A stretch of 64,000 nucleotides of DNA from Patescibacteria group bacterium (GTDB lineage Bacteria; Patescibacteriota; Patescibacteriia; Buchananbacterales; UBA6539), in the NCBI GenBank assembly GCA_034003985.1, contig JAVEXP010000001.1, positions 1,574-65,573 of the forward strand. Reading direction: 5' to 3'. Below, piece after piece: positions 9,860 through 17,743 of the stretch. The position numbers were made by a program, and so were the translations under genes. Position 1 is the stretch's first letter; every line of letters begins with the position of its first letter. A model generated the notes under the pieces. The model worked only from the letters and a program-made list of their open reading frames with translations. It made no database searches and had not been told where the DNA came from.

Positions 9860-11200
9860 TTAAAATAAATCAAGAATTTGGGCTAGGGTTTTTACTTGGT
9901 TTATTTTGATTTCCGCGCCGGTAATTTTTTCTTTGGTTGCTGGAATAATGATTTGTTTAAATCCCAGTCGCCGGGCTTCATTGATTCTTTGGGCCGTTTG
10001 ATTGACGGATCTGATTTCTCCCCCCAAGCCAACTTCACCAAAGGCAACAGTATCTTGGGGCAATGATTTATTTTTGAGAGCCGAAATTACAGCCAAACAG
10101 ACCGGTAAATCAAGAGCCGGTTCGGAAATTTTTAAACCGCCGACCAGGTTGAGATAGATATCTTGATTGGCCAACTTTAGGCCAAGCCGCTGAGCGATAG
10201 TGGCACTTAAGAGCTGCAGCCGATTTAGGTCAAACCCGTTGGTTTTGCGTTGAGGATAGCCAAAGTTGGTGGTGTTTACCAGCGCTTGAATTTCAAGCAT
10301 GAATATTCTGGAACCTTCCACGGCGGCGGTGATTACCGAACCGGGGATATGGTTTTTGTTTTCCAAAAATATTACGGATGGGTCGTGGACCTCGACTAGT
10401 CCCCGTGATTGCATTTCAAAAATACCAACTTCGGCGGTTGAACCAAAACGATTCTTAGCCCCGCGAAGAATTCGAAAAGCGTGATATTGATCACCTTCTA
10501 AGTACAAGACAACATCCACTAGATGTTCTAAGGTTTTTGGTCCGGCGACTTCGCCGAATTTGGTGACATGACCGATGACAATAATTGTTTGGCCGTAATG
10601 TTTGGCCGTTTCCAACAATTTGGTGGTACAAATTCTGACTTGGTTAATGCTGCCACTGGCCGAAGGCGCTTCCTGAGAATAAATTGTTTGGATGGAATCA
10701 ATGATGGTTAAACTAGGCTTTTCGTTAATAATCGTGGCAATGATGGTTTCAACATTTGTTTCACCAAGAAATTTCAGGTGCTGATCATTTATTTTAAGCC
10801 GGTCAATTCGGGTTTTGATTTGTTCGGCGGATTCTTCACCTGAGACATAAAGACAATTTCCCTTAAGGTTGTTTAGCAACTGTAAAACGAGAGTTGATTT
10901 GCCAATTCCCGGTTCTCCACCCAAAAGGATCAGTGAACCATTGACGATTCCGCCACCTAATACCCGATCGAATTCTTCAAGCCCGGTTTTGGTTCGGGAA
11001 AAATCTTGAGCGGTAATATTATTAAAATCCACCACTTTGCCCGGGGCAGAGGTGGCGGATTTATTGGTTTCGGGTACTTGACTAAGGCTGGTTTTTTCTA
11101 GAGTTCCCCATTTGCCGCACTCCGGACAGCGACCCTGCCATTTGGGCGATTGGGCATCACAATGGGAACAGATGAATAACTCGGAACTTTGCTTGGACAT
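9860..11200 (-). CDS. radA: DNA repair protein RadA/Sms
   Basis: N-terminal zinc finger CSHCDAQSPKWQGRCPECGKWGTL, RecA-like Walker A GGEPGIGKSTL, KNRFG motif, Lon-like C-terminal domain. Confidence 0.95.
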   Translation of the reverse strand: MSKQSSELFICSHCDAQSPKWQGRCPECGKWGTLEKTSLSQVPETNKSATSAPGKVVDFNNITAQDFSRTKTGLEEFDRVLGGGIVNGSLILLGGEPGIGKSTLVLQLLNNLKGNCLYVSGEESAEQIKTRIDRLKINDQHLKFLGETNVETIIATIINEKPSLTIIDSIQTIYSQEAPSASGSINQVRICTTKLLETAKHYGQTIIVIGHVTKFGEVAGPKTLEHLVDVVLYLEGDQYHAFRILRGAKNRFGSTAEVGIFEMQSRGLVEVHDPSVIFLENKNHIPGSVITAAVEGSRIFMLEIQALVNTTNFGYPQRKTNGFDLNRLQLLSATIAQRLGLKLANQDIYLNLVGGLKISEPALDLPVCLAVISALKNKSLPQDTVAFGEVGLGGEIRSVNQTAQRINEARRLGFKQIIIPATKEKITGAEIKINQVKTLAQILDLF

Positions 11201-11207
11201 AAGGGAA

Positions 11208-12479
11208 TTATTTCAACTTGATGTTGTATAATTTACCATCAGTTTTGCTTTGAAAATACAAATAGGTTTCATTGTCGGTAACAATTAGGCTTTCGATGTT
11301 GTGATTGCTTTGAGGAGTGGCAATTTTGGAACTAAAGCCGGTAGTCAAATCAATTTTATAAATGTCTGTAGGTGAATTATCGTAATCTTGTTTGTAAATG
11401 CCGGCGCCGGTTTCCAGAGAACGCGGGACAGCACAGTAAATCGTGGTATTGTTGGCAAAAGTACATTTATCCGTCCAGGTTTCCAGTTTAAGATTGGAAC
11501 GGGCCTGACCAATTTGATTGCCTTGGGCGTCAACAATCCAAAGAGTTGGTTTATAGTCGGTTTGGCTGGAATAAACACTATAAAGCAATTTATCGCCATT
11601 GGTTGACCATTGGCCTTCAAATCCCCGGCCTTCAACAATCGTGGATTTAAAGTTTTCGCCGTTTAAACCGACAAAATATAAGTTTTGTCGATCAAAATCT
11701 TTATCTTCCCTAAACATGGCGATGATTTGGTTGTTGGGCGACCAGCTTGATATAACTGTTGAATCCTTGTCACCAAGATGCTCAATCTTTTGGGCCCTTG
11801 AACCGTCGGCCGAAGCTACCGCCAACCAGCGACTTTCGGCGCTGGAACCCATACTTTTGAATACCAAATTTTGGCCATTTGGCGAAAAACTGAAATCTTG
11901 CCAATGTTGAGGCAAGGTTACTTGTTGATTAGTAGAAAAATCATAGACAATGTTGGAACCATCGGGGTATTCCAGGACCGCTTTATTCATGTCTGAAGAC
12001 CAGGTGATGTTTTCGACTTGGAAAAAAATTTCATCACTTAGGGCACTGGTTTGACCGTTGGGATTGATTCTGTAAAATAAACCGCTGTTGGTGTCATAAT
12101 AGACAACGCTGCTGCCGTCAGAGGCTAGGGCCGGTTGGTAAGTTTGGCCGGTAGTAAGCGCCGTGGTTTTGGTGACACCACCATTGGCCACCTCGGAAAC
12201 AGTCTGGGTGCCGGGGGGGATTGGGCCGGGGATATCAATATTGGAATTGATATTGCCAGTAGACGGTAGGCCGCCATTAATATTGCCGGCCGTGGGAATA
12301 TTAACATTAGTGCCAGTAGACGGTAGGCCGCCGGTATTGGTGTTGATATTGGTGTTGGCATTGGTTGGCTGGCTAGGCACTGACGGTTCTAAGAATAAAA
12401 AATACAAAAGATAGCCGATGACAATAACAAAAGCGATAAATAAAGCTAATAAAACGATTCTTTTCCAATTGAGGGACAT
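11208..12479 (-). CDS. exported protein with G/N-rich tandem repeats and a TolB-like beta-propeller domain
   Basis: N-terminal TM/signal anchor, then a 19-aa repeat (GGLPSTG..NIN) x2, then a WD40-like/TolB-like propeller-type sequence. Confidence 0.55.
   Translation of the reverse strand: MSLNWKRIVLLALFIAFVIVIGYLLYFLFLEPSVPSQPTNANTNINTNTGGLPSTGTNVNIPTAGNINGGLPSTGNINSNIDIPGPIPPGTQTVSEVANGGVTKTTALTTGQTYQPALASDGSSVVYYDTNSGLFYRINPNGQTSALSDEIFFQVENITWSSDMNKAVLEYPDGSNIVYDFSTNQQVTLPQHWQDFSFSPNGQNLVFKSMGSSAESRWLAVASADGSRAQKIEHLGDKDSTVISSWSPNNQIIAMFREDKDFDRQNLYFVGLNGENFKSTIVEGRGFEGQWSTNGDKLLYSVYSSQTDYKPTLWIVDAQGNQIGQARSNLKLETWTDKCTFANNTTIYCAVPRSLETGAGIYKQDYDNSPTDIYKIDLTTGFSSKIATPQSNHNIESLIVTDNETYLYFQSKTDGKLYNIKLK
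12236..12345. repeat. in-frame tandem repeat, period about 57 nt (about 2 copies), inside CDS 11208..12479
   Basis: tgccagtagacggtaggccgcc occurs twice about 57 nt apart. Encodes the repeated GGLPSTG..NIN peptide. Confidence 0.5.
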
Positions 12480-12513
12480 ATAATTTTACTGTTTATATTT
12501 TAACATTTATTTC

Positions 12514-13470
12514 TCAATCTAAACAGCTGCCAGCCCCTCGACCGATGATGTAACCGCCAACACATTTGATGGCTTTCCAGCTGAAGCCGAAAGTGGCATA
12601 TAGAGTTTCGAGCGGATGGCTCCAAGCGTACATTAACATTCCAACTATGGTTGCAATGATAATGACTATCATTACAATGATAAAATCAACCAATACCACC
12701 AAACCTTTTTTCCAAACAGGAATTTTATATTTATTGTCTACAAAGGCCGAATAGAACCATTCAGCGTGGGCGGTGATGATAAAAACCGGACCAGAAAAAA
12801 TAATATCCCCAACTGATGATCCGGCACCAGTAAAAAGTTTTATGCCATCCATCATCCTTTGAAAATTTTTATAGGGATTCAAATTGTCTTTTTCGTCATT
12901 GGTTTTTTGTTTGGCCAGTTGGCGGCTAAGGTTCACCCTTTCTCTTAATTGGCTGCCAAAATTTTTTGTTTCCTCACCAATTTTTTTCGTAGTTTGGCCG
13001 GCTTTCTCTAAACCTTGTCCGCCAGCTTCGGCAGCCCGGCCAACTGCTTTGCCAACGCCTTGGCCGACTTTACCTCCAGTTTGCGCGCCGGCCCTCGCAC
13101 CGGCTGCGGCACCGGCCAAAGTTCCCGCTCCCGGGATAACCGATCCGGCGATGGCGCCGGTAACGCCGCCAATTGCTCCGCCAACTCCTGCCCCGGCGGC
13201 CATCCCGGCTGGTTCGGCGGCCCGAGCGGCAGTTTTGGTGGCCTTGCCGGCGAGTTCCATACCGGTTCCGGCCGCTTTGGCCGTGGTCCCGACTTTTTGG
13301 GAGACATTGCCGATTTTTTCAGTAAGATTGCTTTGGCGATCAGCTGAACGATTCTGGTAAAGTTGACGACCATATTGCCGTTCTTCTTGTGGTTGGGAAG
13401 GTGCCAAATTACCCAATTCAAAGTTATTCTTTGGAGATTCTTCGGGAAATTGTGGTACGGTTTGAGCCAT
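12514..13470 (-). CDS. hypothetical Ala/Gly-rich protein with C-terminal TM helices
   Basis: 318 aa. Long A/G-rich low-complexity segment and C-terminal hydrophobic helices. The ORFs on the opposite strand here are artefacts of the GC-rich Ala/Gly codons. Confidence 0.5.
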   Translation of the reverse strand: MAQTVPQFPEESPKNNFELGNLAPSQPQEERQYGRQLYQNRSADRQSNLTEKIGNVSQKVGTTAKAAGTGMELAGKATKTAARAAEPAGMAAGAGVGGAIGGVTGAIAGSVIPGAGTLAGAAAGARAGAQTGGKVGQGVGKAVGRAAEAGGQGLEKAGQTTKKIGEETKNFGSQLRERVNLSRQLAKQKTNDEKDNLNPYKNFQRMMDGIKLFTGAGSSVGDIIFSGPVFIITAHAEWFYSAFVDNKYKIPVWKKGLVVLVDFIIVMIVIIIATIVGMLMYAWSHPLETLYATFGFSWKAIKCVGGYIIGRGAGSCLD

Positions 13471-13475
13471 TGCAA

Positions 13476-15956
13476 TCAGATAGTTATTTTGTCATTTCTG
13501 ACTTTGATTGTTATTTTCTGGCGGTTGGTTTTACTGTTTAAGATTGTTTCAGCTAGTTGGTTTTCCACCAAGTCTTGGATATTTTTTTTAACCAAGCGCG
13601 CGCCGGTTTGGGGATCGTAACTTTTATTGGCCAGGTATTTGACGAGAGCCGGTTCCCAGGTTAGTTTAATTTTTTGTTTGGCCAAGCGTTGTTGGAGTTC
13701 TTGGATCTGCCGGTTAGTGATTTTGGTCAGGGCCGATTTATTCAAAGGCTCAAAAACGATGGTGCGATCTATCCGGCTCAAAAATTCAGGCGGAAACTTA
13801 GTTTGGAGTTTTTTTAGAACTTCGTGTTTGATTTCTTCAAAATTGGTTTTTAGATTTTGCCCGCCAATTTTATCGTTAAACCCCAGTGCGGCTTGGTGAT
13901 TAAATTTTTCGGAGCCGAGATTCGAAGTCATGATAATAATGGTATTTTTGAAATTTATACTTTTGCCAGTAGCATCAGTTAAAACGCCGTCTTCCAAAAT
14001 TTGGAGCAGCAGATTAAAGATTTGCGGGTGAGCTTTTTCAATTTCATCCAGTAATACCACGCTGTAAGGGCGTTTTTTTACAGCATCGGTTAGTTTGGCA
14101 CTTTCCCGATAACCGATGTAACCGGCGGGCGCGCCAATTAATTTGGACATATTAAAACTCTCGGCAAACTCCGACATGTCGATTTTGATTAACGATTTGC
14201 TTGAGCCAAAAACCGTCTGGGCCAATACTTTAGCCAATTCAGTTTTGCCAACGCCGGAAGGACCAAGAAAAATAAATGACCCGATTGGCCGGTTGGCGTC
14301 ATTGATGCCGGTTTTGGAACGCCGGACAAACTCAGCGACGGCGCCAACGGCTGATGGTTGGCTGATAATTTTTTGGGCGATGGTTTTTTCCAGGTTGAGT
14401 AACTTGGTTTTTTCGGCAGTTACTAATTTAACAGCGGGAATGCCGGTAGCTTTGGAAACTATCTGGGAAATTTCATTGGCGGTAATTTGGGGCAAGGATT
14501 GATGTTTAAATTGAAGATTTTTTTCTTTTAAATCTTTGAGTTGGTTGATTAATTGCTGCTCCTGGTCGCGATATTTTAAGGCGGTAGCATAGTTTTCTTG
14601 AGTTACCGCTTGATTTTTATCATTAGTTATTTTTTTAAGCTGGTTTTCCAACAGCCCAATTTTTTTATTAAGTGGGTTGGCGGAATTTTTTATTTTGGCG
14701 GCGGAACAGGCTTCGTCAATCAAATCAATCGCTTTATCCGGCAAAAAGCGGTCGCTGATATACCGTTCTGATAGCTCGGCGGCGGCAACCAAAGCATCGG
14801 CAGAAATTTTTACCTGATGAAACAATTCATAGTTGCTTTTAATCCCTTCCAAAATAGCGATGGTCTCGGCCACTGACGGTTCGGTTACGACAATTGATTG
14901 AAAACGCCGTTCCAAGGCCGGATCGGTTTCAATATTTTTTTTGTATTCTTCAATGGTTGTCGCGCCGATGCAGCGAATTTCACCCCGAGCCAGGGACGGC
15001 TTGAGAATGTTGGCGGCATCCATGGAACCGCTGGCGCCGCCGGTGCCGATAAGGTTATGGATTTCATCAATAAATAGGATGATGGCGGGGTTGGTTTTTG
15101 CCTCATTAATAATTTGCTTTAACCGATTTTCAAATTCCCCGCGAAAGCTGGTGCCGGCCACGATTAAGCTTAAATCAAGGGCATAGATTTTTTTGTCAGC
15201 CAAAAAATTTGGCACCTGGCCAAGGGCGATTTGTTTGGCTAGGCCCTCGACAATCGCGGTTTTACCGACCCCGGGATCGCCCAACAGCAGCGGATTGTTT
15301 TTGGTGCGGCGGGAAAGAATCTGGATTAATCTTTCAATTTCATCTTGGCGGCCGATTAGCGGATCAATATTGCTTTGGATTTTTTGATCAGTCAATTCCG
15401 TACCAAAAACATCAAGGATGGCAGTTCGGGAAGCGGCTGGATTGTTTAAGCCGGGGACTTCAACCCCCGAAGCTTGATCCAGATAATTAAGCGAATCGGC
15501 CAAATCGGGGAACTTGGAAGTGCTTTTTAAGACATTATTAACCTGTTGTTGAATATTCAGCCGATTAATACCCTTGGTCACCAACCATTGGTTGGTTAGT
15601 TGATCGCTGATTTCCAACAGCGAGGCCAGCAGGTGTTCGGTGCCGATATAACGGTGGTTGTTAAGACTGGCGATTAGAACTGATTTTTCCAGCAGCTTTT
15701 TGGCATTGTCCGAGAGGTAAACCTGGGTCAGGGAACTAAATTTTTGGTGCGCTTGTTCCAAGCTTTTTTTGATTTCAGCGTCTTTGATTTTGGCCTTGTT
15801 GAGAATTTGAAAGGCGATACTGCCTTTCTGCAAACTGAGACCGTAGAGAATGTGCTGTGGGGTAATAGTTTTATGACCGCTAGCCAGCGCAAAACCAAAT
15901 GCATTTTTTAAAGCATTTTTGGAATGACCGGTAAATTTTTGAAAGATTGAATCCAT
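13476..15956 (-). CDS. clpC: Clp ATPase chaperone, ClpC/ClpB class (two AAA+ modules, short middle domain)
   Basis: 826 aa. Clp-N repeats, AAA1 GDPGVGKTAIVEGLA, AAA2 GPSGVGKTELAK, sensor motifs. The short M-domain favours ClpC over ClpB. Confidence 0.85.
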   Translation of the reverse strand: MDSIFQKFTGHSKNALKNAFGFALASGHKTITPQHILYGLSLQKGSIAFQILNKAKIKDAEIKKSLEQAHQKFSSLTQVYLSDNAKKLLEKSVLIASLNNHRYIGTEHLLASLLEISDQLTNQWLVTKGINRLNIQQQVNNVLKSTSKFPDLADSLNYLDQASGVEVPGLNNPAASRTAILDVFGTELTDQKIQSNIDPLIGRQDEIERLIQILSRRTKNNPLLLGDPGVGKTAIVEGLAKQIALGQVPNFLADKKIYALDLSLIVAGTSFRGEFENRLKQIINEAKTNPAIILFIDEIHNLIGTGGASGSMDAANILKPSLARGEIRCIGATTIEEYKKNIETDPALERRFQSIVVTEPSVAETIAILEGIKSNYELFHQVKISADALVAAAELSERYISDRFLPDKAIDLIDEACSAAKIKNSANPLNKKIGLLENQLKKITNDKNQAVTQENYATALKYRDQEQQLINQLKDLKEKNLQFKHQSLPQITANEISQIVSKATGIPAVKLVTAEKTKLLNLEKTIAQKIISQPSAVGAVAEFVRRSKTGINDANRPIGSFIFLGPSGVGKTELAKVLAQTVFGSSKSLIKIDMSEFAESFNMSKLIGAPAGYIGYRESAKLTDAVKKRPYSVVLLDEIEKAHPQIFNLLLQILEDGVLTDATGKSINFKNTIIIMTSNLGSEKFNHQAALGFNDKIGGQNLKTNFEEIKHEVLKKLQTKFPPEFLSRIDRTIVFEPLNKSALTKITNRQIQELQQRLAKQKIKLTWEPALVKYLANKSYDPQTGARLVKKNIQDLVENQLAETILNSKTNRQKITIKVRNDKITI

Positions 15957-16066
15957 GATTAAACCGTTTTGTTCGGTTGGCTGGTTAATTTTTTTAGATT
16001 TTTAGTCTGATTTAAATTGATTTTTGACAGTTTGGCTTGCCTAGCCATTCTTAACTTTATCCAAAA

Positions 16067-16972
16067 TCAAATCATTTGGCGCAGAGCCGCAACCCGTTCA
16101 GTAATTGGCGGATGAGTAGCGAACAAATTGGAAAAAGCATGTTTGGTTCGGCCAAAGGGCGAAGCGATATAGAGATGGGCCGTGGCATTGTTGGCCTTTT
16201 TAACCGGCATTGATTCCTGAGATATTTTTTCCAGAGCTCGGGCCAGGCCTTCGGGGTATCTGGTCAGCAGCGATCCGGAAGCGTCAGCCAGGAACTCTCG
16301 TTTGCGAGAAATCGCCAATTGGATAAGTTTTCCAATCAGGGGCGAGAGGATTAATAAGACAACACCGGCAATCAATAAGATAGCTTGAAGCTGGTTGCTG
16401 CCGCTGTTACGATTGTCGCTGCCTTTTGAGGAGCCACCCCAAAATTTGATTCTAATAAACCAATCGGAAAGCAGGGCAATTAAGCCAACCAAAACAATGA
16501 CAATTGTCATCAGTAAAATGTCGTAGTTTTTAATGTGGGAAAGTTCGTGGGCCAGTACTCCCTCCAGTTCTTCATTTTCCAATTTATCAATCGCGCCGGT
16601 AGTTACGGCGATTGAAGCGTGCTGGGGGTTGCGGCCGGTGGCAAAGGCGTTAATCGCCGGGTCGGGGATAAGGTAGACCTTGGGAACAGGCAGGCCGGCG
16701 GTGATGCTTAAATTTTCAACCAGGCGGTAGAGATAGGGATTGTCTTCTTTGACCAATGGTCCTTTGGCGCCGGCGGTGCTGAGGGCGACCTTGTCGCCGT
16801 AAAAATAGCTACTTAGAGACATTATAATGGAAACCCCGGCAGCAATGACTAAGCCGGAATAGCCTAACTCGGTTGTCTGGGAAAAAGCAAAACCAACCAG
16901 CATAATAATTGCCACAAATCCGGCAATTAAAATGGCGGTTTTTCTTTTATTGCTGTCAATCTGATTGTACAT
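16067..16972 (-). CDS. htpX: M48-family zinc metalloprotease HtpX
   Basis: HELSHIKNYD (HEXXH) motif, TM helices, typical HtpX length. Confidence 0.85.
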   Translation of the reverse strand: MYNQIDSNKRKTAILIAGFVAIIMLVGFAFSQTTELGYSGLVIAAGVSIIMSLSSYFYGDKVALSTAGAKGPLVKEDNPYLYRLVENLSITAGLPVPKVYLIPDPAINAFATGRNPQHASIAVTTGAIDKLENEELEGVLAHELSHIKNYDILLMTIVIVLVGLIALLSDWFIRIKFWGGSSKGSDNRNSGSNQLQAILLIAGVVLLILSPLIGKLIQLAISRKREFLADASGSLLTRYPEGLARALEKISQESMPVKKANNATAHLYIASPFGRTKHAFSNLFATHPPITERVAALRQMI

Positions 16973-16981
16973 CCCGTTATC

Positions 16982-17536
16982 TTAGAATTTTACCTGGACA
17001 TTTTCCCGTTCGCCGTTTTCGGCTTGGAAAAAATCAAAGTTTTTGAAGCCCAAGATTCCCACTACCAGATTATTGGGGAAGGTTTGCGTTTTGGTATTGA
17101 AGTCTCGGACATTGCCATTGTAGAATCGTCTGGCGGCTTGAATTTTGTTTTCGGTATCGGAAAGCTCATCTTGAAGCTGAAGGAAATTTTGGGAAGCTTT
17201 TAAATCAGGATAATTTTCGGCCACTGCAAAAATTGATTTTAAAGTCTGAGATAAAACATTTTCGGCTTGGCCTTTTTCTTCTACTCCTTGAGCGTTAATC
17301 GCGTTGGACCGGGCTTGGGTTACTTTTTCAAACAGTTCTTTTTCGTGCTGGGCATAACCTTTGACAGTCTCCATCAGATTTGGAATCAAATCATGGCGTC
17401 TTTTAAGCTGAACATCAACATCGGAAAAAGCTTCCTGAGTTCGATTTTTTAGCCTGATTAAGCTGTTAAAGACCATAATTAGCCAGCCGATAATGACGGC
17501 GGCAACGACTATTATTACCCATAGATAGGTTGGCAT
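16982..17536 (-). CDS. lemA: LemA-family membrane protein
   Basis: N-terminal TM, conserved NYPDLKASQNFLQLQDEL-type LemA core. Classic lemA-htpX pair. Confidence 0.85.
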   Translation of the reverse strand: MPTYLWVIIVVAAVIIGWLIMVFNSLIRLKNRTQEAFSDVDVQLKRRHDLIPNLMETVKGYAQHEKELFEKVTQARSNAINAQGVEEKGQAENVLSQTLKSIFAVAENYPDLKASQNFLQLQDELSDTENKIQAARRFYNGNVRDFNTKTQTFPNNLVVGILGFKNFDFFQAENGERENVQVKF

Positions 17537-17743
17537 ATGATGTTTCTCCTTAATTCTTTACTAGGCTTTAACAATGTTGCCTAGAATTAATTTTTATGGT
17601 AAAATATATTTGAAGCAATTGCTTTTATTCGTATAAATTATATAATAAATAAGAGGTTTGGTCAAAATATTAGCGCCATTTTAATTTGACATAATTTTGC
17701 AATTAATTGACTTGTTTTAAAAACAAGCTAAACAAATAATTTT

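Noticed and set aside
12884-13360. Several long ORFs on the plus strand (and an alternative minus frame 13008..13475) overlapping the Ala/Gly-rich gene 12514..13470
   Set aside because: They are low-complexity P/A/G-rich translations produced by the GC-rich GCN/GGN codon run of the real minus-strand gene. They have no start context or family similarity.
15957-16066. CtsR operator (tandem GGTCAAA heptads) upstream of clpC
   Set aside because: Only a single GTCAAA occurs on the relevant strand, with no direct-repeat partner.
16067-17536. lemA-htpX pair as a candidate novel system
   Set aside because: This is a well-known, widely conserved membrane stress-protease gene pair and is not novel.
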